DNA of 64,000 nt from Patescibacteria group bacterium (GTDB lineage Bacteria; Patescibacteriota; Minisyncoccia; 2-02-FULL-40-12; GWA2-44-9), in NCBI GenBank assembly GCA_038061995.1, contig JBBTYA010000001.1, forward strand, positions 10,441 to 74,440, read 5' to 3'. Below are positions 1-8,114 of the stretch, piece by piece. The position numbers and the translations under genes were made by a program. The notes beneath the pieces were generated by a model, which had not been told where the DNA came from, did no database searches, and was given only the letters and a program-made list of their open reading frames with translations. Position 1 is the first letter of the stretch. Every line of letters begins with the position of its first letter.

Positions 1-55
1 TTTTTTGTATCTTGTTGCGGGCTTGCCCGCCGTAGATCCGCTTCCATGGATCGAA

Positions 56-128
56 GGCGGGGGCGCCAGGATTTGAACCTGGATACCTGGTTTTGGAGAC
101 CAGAGTCCTACCGTTGAACGACACCCCC
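56..128 (-). tRNA. tRNA-Trp (anticodon CCA); 3' end encodes CC then U, not a full CCA
   Basis: Cloverleaf read by hand on the reverse complement. Acceptor stem is GGGGGTG/CGCCCCC, T-arm is CCAGGTTCAAATCCTGG, and the anticodon loop CTCCAAA gives CCA. Confidence 0.8.
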
Positions 129-167
129 ATGACAAAGACCTGCGCACGGGTGCACAGGCTTTGTAAA

Positions 168-332
168 CTAGCCGGTCAGTTTTGCTTCTTTGTGAATCGT
201 CCGCTTTTTGCAAGAAGAGCAGAACTTTCGTAACTCAATCTTTCGCTCTACTTTCTTCTTGTTTTTCGACGTGTAGTAATTGGCCTCTTTACACACGGCG
301 CACTTCAGACGAATAAGGTTGTCTTGTGACAT
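168..332 (-). CDS. rpmG: 50S ribosomal protein L33
   Basis: The translation MSQDNLIRLKCAVCKEANYYTSKNKKK...CSSCKKRTIHKEAKL shows the L33 zinc-ribbon signature. The internal ATG at 332 was preferred over the track start at 386. Confidence 0.85.
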   Translation of the reverse strand: MSQDNLIRLKCAVCKEANYYTSKNKKKVERKIELRKFCSSCKKRTIHKEAKLTG

Positions 333-361
333 ATATGTAATTACGGTTATGACGAACCGTG

Positions 362-433
362 AGCCGACGGTGAGAATTGAACTCACGACCTACTCCTTAC
401 CATGGAGTTGCTCTACCTCTGAGCTACGTCGGC
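362..433 (-). tRNA. tRNA-Thr (anticodon GGT); no encoded CCA
   Basis: Acceptor stem GCCGACG/CGTCGGC, D-arm TAGCTCAGAGGTAGAGC, anticodon loop ATGGTAA and T-loop GTTCAATTC. Confidence 0.8.
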
Positions 434-452
434 ATGCTTCCCTTCTCCTCAC

Positions 453-595
453 TGTGGGGGCGGTAGGCTCTCCTTCGCCTCTCGACTTGCCGTCGCAAGT
501 CTCGGGCTAGGCACCGACTCGCGATCGCATAAGCTTTTGCGATACCGCTCCGTCGTTCGAATCCCACCGCTTCAGAACGACGATGATTTTTTACA
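453..595. other. Unresolved structured segment between tRNA-Thr(GGT) and tRNA-Tyr. It holds an exact 15-nt copy of the tRNA-Tyr 3' end (tgtgggggcggtagg), GC hairpins, and a + strand hairpin followed by a U-run. By E. coli-like synteny this is where a tRNA-Gly would be expected, but no cloverleaf could be folded.
   Basis: The 15-mer at 453-467 is identical to 623-637. There is a perfect 7-bp hairpin cgacttgc/gcaagtc and an 8-bp hairpin ccgtcgttc...gaacgacg followed by ATGATTTTTT. No T-arm or anticodon arm could be found on either strand. Confidence 0.25.
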
Positions 596-623
596 TGCCT
601 CAAGGCATCTAAAAAATACATTG

Positions 624-708
624 TGGGGGCGGTAGGATTCGAACCTACGTAGGCCGATCGGCCGACAGATTTACAGTCTGTTGTGATTGACCACTCCACC
701 ACACCCCC
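624..708 (-). tRNA. tRNA-Tyr (anticodon GTA), class II with a long variable arm; no encoded CCA
   Basis: Acceptor stem GGGGGTG/CGCCCCC, anticodon stem-loop ACAGA-CTGTAAA-TCTGT, long variable arm CGGCCGATCGGCC and T-arm GTAGGTTCGAATCCTAC. Confidence 0.85.
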
Positions 709-724
709 ATGTAATGAACTGCGG

Positions 725-796
725 AGCCGGCGGTCGGGATTGAACCGACGACCTACTGTTTACAAAACAGTTGCTCTACCACTGAGCTACGCCGGC
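725..796 (-). tRNA. tRNA-Thr (anticodon TGT)
   Basis: Acceptor stem GCCGGCG/CGCCGGC, anticodon stem-loop ACTGT-TTTGTAA-ACAGT and T-arm GTCGGTTCAATCCCGAC. Confidence 0.8.
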
Positions 797-841
797 GCAT
801 TCGTAGAGCACGAAGAAGTATAGCGTATCTAACCCAATTCT

Positions 842-1483
842 TCAATTCACATTCCCCTGCGAAAGCGCCTCGAGACCCGCCCGCAAACCAGCATGTGTTG
901 AATCTAATTTGAGCCCTGCTTCAAACGCTTCACGAGCATCCTGTGGCTGTTCCAGCTCTGCATAGACAGAGCCGATCTGCTCATAGAGCTCAACATTCTT
1001 TGGGGCACGTGCGATCGCAATAATGAGTTCTTGCTCACGCGCAATAAGCTCATCACGACGCGCTACTACAGGATCAACAACTGGCACATCTTCTACAGTA
1101 CTCCCTTCGCCTTCTGATTGCGCTTCTCCATCTTCAGGTGCCACAGGATCAGTGCTCAAGTGCCCTTCAGTCACGCCTGGGGCACGCATCGTGCGTAAAG
1201 TTGAAATAGTGCGCGTGCTTAGCGTATCAAGTCGCATCACCGCGACACGGAATGTGCGCATCATTTTCTCCAATTCGTGAGTTAAGATTGTACGAAATGG
1301 GATCGCCCGCACCGCTCCCACAAAGCTAATAGCTTCTGGGAACATGGCGTGAAACCATGTTTCATGCTCTTCTTCATGGAGCGCTGGATCAAGTTTTTTG
1401 AGGTACGGAATTTTGCGTGAAACCACCCACGCGATGCTTGCGCACGCGAGAAGAGCAATAGCAATGAGAATAAGAATACTCAC
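842..1483 (-). CDS. Hypothetical membrane-anchored protein with an N-terminal TM helix and a C-terminal TPR-like helical region
   Basis: 213-aa ORF. The N-terminus is hydrophobic (ILILIAIALLACASIAWVV) and there is an acidic linker. No family was recognised. Confidence 0.4.
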   Translation of the reverse strand: MSILILIAIALLACASIAWVVSRKIPYLKKLDPALHEEEHETWFHAMFPEAISFVGAVRAIPFRTILTHELEKMMRTFRVAVMRLDTLSTRTISTLRTMRAPGVTEGHLSTDPVAPEDGEAQSEGEGSTVEDVPVVDPVVARRDELIAREQELIIAIARAPKNVELYEQIGSVYAELEQPQDAREAFEAGLKLDSTHAGLRAGLEALSQGNVN

Positions 1484-1485
1484 AA

Positions 1486-1938
1486 TTACACTTCAAGCAG
1501 GGAGAACGAATCGAGCTGGATATTCTCCCCTAGTTTGCCGACTGCTTGGGTTATAGCGTCGCGCACCTTCATGCTTGGATCACGAATAAATTCCTGATCT
1601 AGCAACTCTTCTTGCGAGGAAGGCTTCATCGCCGCAACATGCATCGCAAGCTCTTTCGTCAGCGTTTGGAACTCTGGGTTTCGTGCTACGAAATCTGTTT
1701 CGCAACGCACGAGCACCATCGCGGCCACTTTGCCATTCGTATGCACGTAGGCACCAATGCCGCCTTCCGTGGTTGCGCGATCAGCTTTCTTCGCAGCTGC
1801 GGAAGCGCCAAACGCTTTGAGCGCTTCACGAGCTTTTACTACATCACCGCTCGCATCAGAGAGCGCTTTCTTGATCTCTCCAAATGAGAGTCCCGTTTCA
1901 TCACGAAGCGCTTTGATTGTCTGGATATCGTCTGCCAT
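1486..1938 (-). CDS. tsf: Elongation factor Ts (short form)
   Basis: The translation MADDIQTIKALRDETGLSFGEIKKAL...LVRCETDFVARN matches the EF-Ts UBA-like N-terminus and core. An AGGAGG Shine-Dalgarno sequence lies 5 nt upstream of the ATG at 1938. The track start at 1968 was rejected. Confidence 0.85.
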   Translation of the reverse strand: MADDIQTIKALRDETGLSFGEIKKALSDASGDVVKAREALKAFGASAAAKKADRATTEGGIGAYVHTNGKVAAMVLVRCETDFVARNPEFQTLTKELAMHVAAMKPSSQEELLDQEFIRDPSMKVRDAITQAVGKLGENIQLDSFSLLEV

Positions 1939-1968
1939 AAGCCTCCTCTTCACCTGCAGGCGAGACAA

Positions 1969-2661
1969 CTAGCGAACGAGCAATTGTTCGCGAATCGTGT
2001 TCAGCAACAGGTCAACAGAAATTTTCGAACGATCGTTTGCCGGGATCGCGACGGCGATGTCGCGAGGGTTTGAGTCAGTATTCGCAATAGCAATCACAGG
2101 AACATTCATGCGTGCTGATTCACTCACCGCAAGCTTCCCTTCTTTCAGTGATGCAACGAATACGAGATCCGGCATGCGCGTGAGGCGCTTGAGGCCGCCG
2201 AAGCGATCCTGCATTTTCGCGAGCTCGCGGCGCATGCGCACTTGCTCGTGTTTTGCATATTTCTCAAGGCCACCTTCCGCTGCCATCTTTTCTAATTCCT
2301 CAAGCTTGCGCACGCGACTGTTAATCACCTTGAAATTGGTGAGCGTGCCGCCAAGCCATCGGGTGAGTACGTACGGCATCTGCACTTCGTCGGCAATGGC
2401 ACGAATGCCCTCTTCCGCTTGCTTAGTCGCCGCAACGAAGAGCACAAGCTTCCCGCTTGTAAGTGCGGTTTTGAGCTCTTCAGCTGCTGCGATCAGCTTC
2501 TCCTGCGTTTTTAGGAGATCGATAATGCAGATACCATCTTTCACAGTAAACAAGAATTCATCCATACCTGGATGAAACACTGTGCGCTTGCGTCCGAAGT
2601 GCATGCCTGCTTTCAGCATGTCCTCGTAAGCCAAAATGGTGTTTGTTGTATCTAATGCCAT
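1969..2661 (-). CDS. rpsB: 30S ribosomal protein S2
   Basis: The translation MHFGRKRTVFHPGMDEF...VLFVAATKQA...VPVIAIANTDSNP shows S2 family motifs. The rpsB-tsf arrangement is conserved. Confidence 0.9.
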   Translation of the reverse strand: MALDTTNTILAYEDMLKAGMHFGRKRTVFHPGMDEFLFTVKDGICIIDLLKTQEKLIAAAEELKTALTSGKLVLFVAATKQAEEGIRAIADEVQMPYVLTRWLGGTLTNFKVINSRVRKLEELEKMAAEGGLEKYAKHEQVRMRRELAKMQDRFGGLKRLTRMPDLVFVASLKEGKLAVSESARMNVPVIAIANTDSNPRDIAVAIPANDRSKISVDLLLNTIREQLLVR

Positions 2662-2771
2662 AATAAATATGAAGCCCGATTAGGATAGCAGAGAAAGACC
2701 CCTAAAGTCAACGCTGGGGGCTAGACAGAGGGGCTCCCCCGTGATACCCTGAATCGCACATAAATCCATAT

Positions 2772-3011
2772 ATGAAGACTGATATTCATCCAACGTACTA
2801 CCCCGCCGCCAAGGTAACTTGCGCTTGCGGCAATACCTTTGTTACTGGCTCTACGAAAGAGTCCTTGTCTGCTTCCATCTGTGACAAGTGTCACCCGTTC
2901 TATACGGGGAAAGAAAAGATCGTAGACACTCGCGGTCGCGTTGAAAAGTTCAAAAAGCGCCTGGAGAAAACGACAGCTGCCAAGACGGGAGCAAAAACCA
3001 AGAAGAAATAA
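2772..3011 (+). CDS. rpmE: 50S ribosomal protein L31
   Basis: The translation [11 protein letters not shown]...CACGNTF...[11 protein letters not shown] shows the L31 family signature. Confidence 0.85.
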   Translation: MKTDIHPTYYPAAKVTCACGNTFVTGSTKESLSASICDKCHPFYTGKEKIVDTRGRVEKFKKRLEKTTAAKTGAKTKKK

Positions 3012-3026
3012 GCACAAAAGCTCCCT

Positions 3027-3863
3027 ATGGGAGCTTTTGCTTTTTGCAACATTCCTATGAATTACGATTGGAAACAGTATCAAACATCACAAAAGGTTCA
3101 TACGCCTAGCAACCCCACAGACGAGGCGATCGTTGAAATTCGCGCTGGTGCCGGTGGGCAGGAAGCTGCAATCTTTGCGGGCGACCTTTTCTCTATGTAT
3201 CGCAAACACGCCCAGAACAAAGGCTGGCGTTTTGAAATCCTTGATACTGCCCTCGGAGACTCTGGAGGATATAAGAACGTCTCCTTTGAAGTCCGTGGTA
3301 AGAATGCCTTTAAAGACATGCGCTATGAATCTGGCGTGCATCGCGTACAGCGAGTTCCCGACACTGAACGCAGTGGCCGCGTCCACACCTCAACCGCCAC
3401 CGTTGCGGTCCTCCCTATCGCCTCAGAGCAAGAAGTGAGTATCCGCCAAGACGAGATCGAACTCACCTTCTCGCGCGCCGGTGGTCCTGGTGGTCAGAAC
3501 GTCAACAAGGTTGAAACCGCAGTCCGCATCCTACATAAGCCAACGGGCATCGTGATCTCCTGTCGCCAAGAACGAAGCCAGCACGGCAATCGCGAGAAAG
3601 CTATGGAGATGCTTCGCACAAAGATTGCCGAGCTCAAGCGCGTTGAAGCAACGGGTAACATTACCGAGGAACGCCGCAAGCAGATCGGCACTGGAGATCG
3701 CTCCGAGAAAATTCGCACTTACAACTTCCCCCAAGACCGCATCACCGACCACCGTATTAAAAAGAACTGGGGCAACATCGAGCGTATTCTTGCTGGCAAC
3801 ATGGATGCTATCTTTGAAGCTATGCAAGAAGGTATGACAAACCCCGATCAACCTACGCAGTAA
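3027..3863 (+). CDS. prfA: Peptide chain release factor 1 homolog, N-terminally short (278 aa), with a PDT tripeptide in place of the usual PAT/PVT
   Basis: Aligns to E. coli RF1 from about residue 108 onward: [34 protein letters not shown] and [15 protein letters not shown]. It carries the GGQ motif ([12 protein letters not shown]) and [12 protein letters not shown]. An in-frame TAA at 3009-3011 excludes any longer N-terminus. Confidence 0.8.
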   Translation: MGAFAFCNIPMNYDWKQYQTSQKVHTPSNPTDEAIVEIRAGAGGQEAAIFAGDLFSMYRKHAQNKGWRFEILDTALGDSGGYKNVSFEVRGKNAFKDMRYESGVHRVQRVPDTERSGRVHTSTATVAVLPIASEQEVSIRQDEIELTFSRAGGPGGQNVNKVETAVRILHKPTGIVISCRQERSQHGNREKAMEMLRTKIAELKRVEATGNITEERRKQIGTGDRSEKIRTYNFPQDRITDHRIKKNWGNIERILAGNMDAIFEAMQEGMTNPDQPTQ

Positions 3864-3888
3864 CCTTCCCTACCCTCTTATATCCTTT

Positions 3889-4347
3889 ATGAATGTTGCC
3901 GACTCCCCAGAGATTCTCAAAAGCCCCATCTTTACTCCTCGCCCCGGGTGGCGCCGCTTCTTCCCTGCGTGGGCAGTGATTGGTGCGCTCGTTTTTATTA
4001 CCGCTGCAGTCATTCTTTTTTCTCGTGCAGAAAATACTGATGTGGATAACATGGCGTCTCCAACACCAGACACAACGGACACATTCTCTATTACTATTGA
4101 ACGTGGCGATGGCCCCCTCCATGTTGCACGAAAAGCAGTAACTACCGTTACCCCGCTTCTCTCTATTTCTGTAGATCCAGCAATCCTTCTTCTTGCAGAG
4201 ATGCGTATCGCACAAGAGCTTCCCCTGCTACTCATTCCGGAAGCGCAATATACATTCACCACCTCACACGTCCTCTCCGTTATTTCAGAGACGGCTCAAA
4301 CCATTACGCCCAAACAACGTCAGTCCCTCGCCCCGTATTTGAAATAA
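3889..4347 (+). CDS. Hypothetical protein with one predicted TM helix
   Basis: 152-aa ORF with the hydrophobic segment AWAVIGALVFITAAVILF. No family was recognised. Confidence 0.35.
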   Translation: MNVADSPEILKSPIFTPRPGWRRFFPAWAVIGALVFITAAVILFSRAENTDVDNMASPTPDTTDTFSITIERGDGPLHVARKAVTTVTPLLSISVDPAILLLAEMRIAQELPLLLIPEAQYTFTTSHVLSVISETAQTITPKQRQSLAPYLK

Positions 4348-4366
4348 ATAAGAAGAGCTTGTAGGA

Positions 4367-4501
4367 GGGATGGGTGTTATTTTCACTACCCTCTCGCAGC
4401 CCGAACAGTAAAGATTGCTCTATAACATAAGGTGAGGGCGAGTAGGAGCGCGAGCATTCGCAGGATGCTCGACGCGTGGTAGGGAAAGTAACACCCATCC
4501 C
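4367..4501 (+). repeat. Structured repeat family, copy A. It has 18-bp inverted-repeat arms (gggatgggtgttattttc / gaaagtaacacccatccc) around a conserved core (cctctcgcagcccgaac ... ggtgagggcgag ... a hairpin with loop tcgcagga).
   Basis: Shares the core motifs with the copies at 5332-5484, 21560-21696 and 27891-28021. Its arms are specific to this copy but self-complementary. Confidence 0.5.
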
Positions 4502-4518
4502 GATTGATTTTATAAAAC

Positions 4519-4546
4519 AAAACACGCCCATCGGGACGTGTTTTGT
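4519..4546. terminator. Bidirectional rho-independent terminator between the convergent genes 3889-4347 (+) and rplY (-)
   Basis: Stem aaaacacg/cgtgtttt with T-runs on both strands. Confidence 0.5.
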
Positions 4547-4560
4547 AATGAGTGAGAGGG

Positions 4561-5259
4561 TTACTCCTCCTTTGGAGCTTCCTCTGCTGCGCCTTCTTCG
4601 GCAACAGCTTCCTCGCCTTCTTCCTTCTCACGCTTGATCTCTTCAACAGCGGAGACGTCAGTGGTTGGCTCGGCAAGAGATGCATCGAGCTCTTCCTGGC
4701 TGATTGGTTCTTGGACGGTCGCCAAGATCTCATTTCCTTCTGCGCGGATCTCTGCTTTTTCAAGCTTGATGTCTTTTACCAAGATTTGGTCACCAAATGC
4801 TTTGAGCAACGAAAGATCTACCGAGATTTCTTGTGGCATCTCCTCAGGGAGTGCTTCCACTTCAACTTCGTTCAAGCCACGGACGAAGACTGCCTTGAGC
4901 TCCTCTACTGCGGAAGATTCGCCGACAAAGACGATTGGCACATTTGCGCGGATCTTCTGGTCGAGGCGTACTTTATGGAAATCAACGTGCATGATCGTGT
5001 CGGTGACTGGATCACGTGAGATGTCTTTTACAACGGTTGGGATTGCAGTGCCATCGATGGAGAGGTAGACGACTGCCGTTTCACCGGCCTTCTTAAATGC
5101 GCCATCAAATGCCTTTGCGGGCATTTCAATGCTCTGCGCCTCCATGCCTTGGCCATAGACCACGGCTGGGATCATGCCTTCGGCGCGAAGATGGCGAACT
5201 GCAGCCCCTGTTCGGGTGCGTGCGCTCGCCTGTAATTCGATTTTCTGTGCTTTTGCCAT
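4561..5259 (-). CDS. rplY: 50S ribosomal protein L25 / general stress protein Ctc
   Basis: The translation MAKAQKIELQASARTRTGAAVRHLRAEGMIPAVVYG...IMHVDFHKV shows the L25/Ctc fold signature and has an acidic C-terminal tail. The ATG at 5259 was preferred over the track start at 5406. Confidence 0.85.
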   Translation of the reverse strand: MAKAQKIELQASARTRTGAAVRHLRAEGMIPAVVYGQGMEAQSIEMPAKAFDGAFKKAGETAVVYLSIDGTAIPTVVKDISRDPVTDTIMHVDFHKVRLDQKIRANVPIVFVGESSAVEELKAVFVRGLNEVEVEALPEEMPQEISVDLSLLKAFGDQILVKDIKLEKAEIRAEGNEILATVQEPISQEELDASLAEPTTDVSAVEEIKREKEEGEEAVAEEGAAEEAPKEE

Positions 5260-5331
5260 AGTAGTATAGAGAGAATACGAAGCTCGGATATCGTACCAAA
5301 GCCAAGCCAAAAAGGCAAGAAGTCTCATCGG

Positions 5332-5484
5332 CAAAGAAGCCTTCGCATCCCTCCAGACACGCGTCTCATGCTTCCTGCGAGCATGAGCGCTCCCTCTCAC
5401 CCTCACCCAAGCTTCTGTACTAGAAGCTCGACCAAGCGGTTTGGGTTCCGAGAGGTCTTACGGGATTACGAAGGCTTCTTTTGG
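5332..5484 (-). repeat. Structured repeat family, copy D (minus orientation), in the 5' leader region of rplY
   Basis: Its reverse complement reads ...agacctctcggaacccaaaccgcttgg...gggtgagggtgagagggagcgctcatgctcgcaggaagcatgagac..., which is near-identical to copy B. Compensatory changes are ctcttgc/gcaagag in B versus ctcatgc/gcatgag here. Flanking 14-bp arms are caaagaagccttcg/cgaaggcttctttg. Confidence 0.55.
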
Positions 5485-5616
5485 GCTGGTTGCGCAACAT
5501 ATAAAAACGTTGTATAATAATAGTGCTGGGATGCTACGGCATCACCGGTGTGTCCGAATCAGCGCCTAAGGGTGCAATGGTGGGATACCCTTAACAATAA
5601 AGAAAGGACGTAGGCC

Positions 5617-6582
5617 ATGCTATTCATGCTCGGCGTGATTGGTGCTGCCGTCTTCTGCCTGGGAGGGCTAATCCGGGGGTTGGCTCGTAATTGGAGAAAC
5701 CTCCCCAACTTCGTCTGCAACAAGGTTGGCGGCGTGACCGCCTACTGCTCAGTAGAAGACTTCCGTGCTGGAAAGCGCATCCCTGGCGACATGGTAGTGG
5801 CTCCCGGCACCATCTCGTTCATCGAAAAGCCATGGTCAGGCATGCCATGCGCGGCCTATCTCATGAACGCGTCACCATGGCCCTTCTTCTACGGCGACGC
5901 AAAGAACGAGCCACAGCTCTTCGTGCCGTTCGCGTCGGAGCGACACATGCCATTCAAGGCTCAAGCCAGCGTCTTCAGCTTCGCCCCGAAGACGCTGGAA
6001 GAGCTCGAAAAGATGATCAGAGACAAGCGAGAGAGAAACACTCGCAATGATGCGCGCTTCCGTCTCCTCAAATTCGAGCGCAAGTTCGATGAGGAGATCT
6101 TCACAACAAGACTGGTTGCCTTCTTCCTCGTTTTGGTGGTGATAGCTGTCGGATCACTGAGAGGGCTCGACCGATGGGAGAAGGAGCGCCTCGCAGCACC
6201 GGCAGCGTTCTACACCACGACCGCCGGCTCCTCTGAGCTCACCGAGCATCGCGGGACCGAAGGCGATCTGCGAAAGCTGATCGTCTACGGAGGTATCAAC
6301 GATACCATCGTTGCAGGGCCGGTCACGGATATCATGGCTCTCGGCGGAGGACTTTCGTACGTCTGCGTCCGCGTGGGCTCCCCCGAGCGCAGAGAGTGTG
6401 GCTTCGGAGGCCTGGAGACGGTGGCCCAGAAGATCGGGCAGACCGCCTACATTCGCAAGAGCCTTGGGAAAAACTGGTTCGTGCCCAACAGCCCCGAAGG
6501 CTACAGTGATTCCGTCTCGTGGCTCATCACCAAGCCCGAGGCAAGAGCGCTCGCCGCGAAAGGCTACGCGCTCAAGGAGTAA
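5617..6582 (+). CDS. Hypothetical membrane protein
   Basis: 321-aa ORF with hydrophobic segments at the N-terminus and mid-protein (FFLVLVVIAVGSL). No family was recognised. Confidence 0.4.
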   Translation: MLFMLGVIGAAVFCLGGLIRGLARNWRNLPNFVCNKVGGVTAYCSVEDFRAGKRIPGDMVVAPGTISFIEKPWSGMPCAAYLMNASPWPFFYGDAKNEPQLFVPFASERHMPFKAQASVFSFAPKTLEELEKMIRDKRERNTRNDARFRLLKFERKFDEEIFTTRLVAFFLVLVVIAVGSLRGLDRWEKERLAAPAAFYTTTAGSSELTEHRGTEGDLRKLIVYGGINDTIVAGPVTDIMALGGGLSYVCVRVGSPERRECGFGGLETVAQKIGQTAYIRKSLGKNWFVPNSPEGYSDSVSWLITKPEARALAAKGYALKE

Positions 6583-6587
6583 TCCCC

Positions 6588-6625
6588 ACAGCCCCAGAGA
6601 AATCTTCTGATTTCTCTGGGGCTTC
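6588..6625 (+). terminator. Rho-independent terminator after the 5617-6582 ORF
   Basis: Stem ccccagagaaatc...gatttctctgggg followed by a T-rich tail. Confidence 0.5.
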
Positions 6626-6659
6626 TTCATTTATAAAGCTGAAAGCTGGCAGGGTATAC

Positions 6660-6694
6660 AAAAAGAGAGGCGCTTAAGCGCCTCTCTTTTTTCT
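6660..6694. terminator. Bidirectional terminator hairpin
   Basis: Stem aaaagagaggcgc ttaa gcgcctctctttttt, with an A-run on the 5' side and a T-run on the 3' side. Confidence 0.5.
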
Positions 6695-6709
6695 TACACA
6701 TACCACCCT

Positions 6710-7426
6710 CTAGAACCCTGAACGATTACGGCGCGAGGCGTTCCAGCGCCATGCTGCGAGCGCTACAAGAATAACTGCCGCCAGCACTCCCCACGTGCGA
6801 GTCGTAAGGCCGAGGAAGAATGCTGCCTGTGTAAGGTCAGGCGTTTCGCCCTCTGTTTCTGTTCCTACAGTATTACCTTCAAGTGGCGTTGGGCTTACTG
6901 ATGCCCCTGCAATTGCTCCTGCATCAGGTGACGCAGTTGCCGCTGCTGGAGCTGGCGTACGCACCGTAACTGCTACCGTGCTACCGCCAGTGAAAAGGTT
7001 TGCGTTCGTGCCATCAAGCATGAGTGTAGCGCCTGCTACTGCGATAGTTGCAGTGCCTGCCTGCTTTGCGCGAAAGGTTGCCGTACCTAATGCGCGAGGC
7101 GTGTTGAAGCCACCCGCGACACCGCCTGTTTTAATGAGTGCGCCTGTGGCGTTATCAATGGCATCATAGCCAGGTTGCGCTACGGGAAGCCATCCCGAAG
7201 CAAACGTGAAACCGGTTACTTCAAGAACTGCTGGATCAAACGAGACGTTTGCACGCGCTGTCGTAATGGTTGCGCCAGTTGGATTTGCGGTCACGGTAAC
7301 GGTGAAGCGCTGCCCGGTAGATACCGCACGTGATGCTTGGCCAAGCGAGATCGTTGCCGCATGTGCGGAAGTCGCCACAGCCCCCACTAATACAACCGCG
7401 AGAACGAAAGAATAAAGATGTTTCAT
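6710..7426 (-). CDS. Secreted cohesin-like beta-sandwich domain protein with a C-terminal TM anchor and a basic tail
   Basis: Signal peptide MKHLYSFVLAVVLVGAVATSAHA. Domain pattern RFTVTVTANPTG...VSFDPAVLEV...YDAIDNATGALIKTGG...GTATFRAKQAGTATIAV is cohesin-like. The C-terminus reads TPDLTQAAFFLGL...ILVALAAWRWNASRRNRSGF. Confidence 0.5.
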   Translation of the reverse strand: MKHLYSFVLAVVLVGAVATSAHAATISLGQASRAVSTGQRFTVTVTANPTGATITTARANVSFDPAVLEVTGFTFASGWLPVAQPGYDAIDNATGALIKTGGVAGGFNTPRALGTATFRAKQAGTATIAVAGATLMLDGTNANLFTGGSTVAVTVRTPAPAAATASPDAGAIAGASVSPTPLEGNTVGTETEGETPDLTQAAFFLGLTTRTWGVLAAVILVALAAWRWNASRRNRSGF

Positions 7427-7431
7427 AAAGA

Positions 7432-8109
7432 TTATACGCTCCAGTTAGTAAGCAAGAGATTAAAGTCGAAGATGTCTACCGTGCCGTCACCGGTGATATC
7501 GGCTGCACGGTTTGCTGGGTTCGGACCCCAGTTTGCCATCAAGAGGTTAAAGTCGAAGATGTCTACGCGACCATCACCGTTAATGTCGCCGCTACGTACT
7601 GCGTTGTTCGTCTGACCCGCAGTTGGCGTTGCGGTTGGAGTCGGTAATCCGCCACCCCCGCCTCCTCCACCTCCACCGCCCCCACCACCACCACCGGAAG
7701 GCGTGGGTGTTGGTGTGCTTGGTGCCGAAGAGCTAATGGTATACGAAAATGTAACCACCGTAGATGAAGCGCCGCCGCTATAGCATGCGATTGCCTTAAG
7801 CGTTGTGTTGCCACTAATACCAACAATGCCCGACGCGCCAGTGATAAGCGTGCCCGTGCTACACGTTGGCACTGTGCCGTCATCGGTGTAGCGAATGCTC
7901 TGTGCGCCAGATGCGCTCAAGGTCACACTTTGAGTCCCTATATAGCTTCCCGTGCTTGGGCTTGCTGTTGGTTCATTCACGAGCGTGCCGCCAATAGATT
8001 GACTCGTGACTGTATTTGGTTGATTGACCGTCCCCGTTACTTCCGACGCAAGTACTCCGGCGGGAACCGCCAGGAGTACTGCGAGGATAAGAGAAGAAGT
8101 GATACGCAT
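7432..8109 (-). CDS. Secreted dockerin-containing protein with a CHB_HEX_C-like (Fn3-like) domain, a 16-residue poly-Gly linker and two dockerin repeats
   Basis: Signal peptide present. IRYTDDGTVPTCSTGTL...LKAIACY matches the chitobiase/hexosaminidase C-terminal-like motif. G16 linker. The two repeats GDINGDGRVDIFDFNLLMANWG and ADITGDGTVDIFDFNLLLTNW match the dockerin calcium-binding pattern. Confidence 0.65.
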   Translation of the reverse strand: MRITSSLILAVLLAVPAGVLASEVTGTVNQPNTVTSQSIGGTLVNEPTASPSTGSYIGTQSVTLSASGAQSIRYTDDGTVPTCSTGTLITGASGIVGISGNTTLKAIACYSGGASSTVVTFSYTISSSAPSTPTPTPSGGGGGGGGGGGGGGGGLPTPTATPTAGQTNNAVRSGDINGDGRVDIFDFNLLMANWGPNPANRAADITGDGTVDIFDFNLLLTNWSV

Positions 8110-8114
8110 AGAGG

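Noticed and set aside
280-702. Track ORFs 280-510 (+) and 424-702 (-) overlap the tRNA array
   Set aside because: They overlap four well-folded tRNA genes and have no coding features. They are spurious.
3853-4262. Minus-strand ORFs 3853-4215 and 3870-4262 overlap the 3889-4347 (+) gene
   Set aside because: They are Cys/Arg-rich with no RBS. They are antisense to a better ORF that has a downstream bidirectional terminator.
1968-5406. The longer track starts for tsf (1968), rplY (5406), rpiB (20648), groES (59465), typA (30435), the PMT gene (24128) and tgt (24848)
   Set aside because: Internal ATGs that have an SD and/or a homology-consistent N-terminus are more plausible. Several track starts are TTG or GTG, and they run into upstream genes, hairpins or promoters.
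7440-7600. A ~72-nt DNA duplication (agattaaagtcgaagatgtctacc...), considered as a mobile repeat
   Set aside because: It corresponds exactly to the two dockerin calcium-binding repeats at the protein level.
7640-7705. C/G-rich low-complexity tract (ccgccacccccgcctcctccacctccaccgcccccaccaccaccaccgga), considered as a possible CRISPR or tandem repeat
   Set aside because: It encodes the 16-residue poly-Gly linker of the dockerin protein. It has no repeat-spacer architecture and no cas genes.
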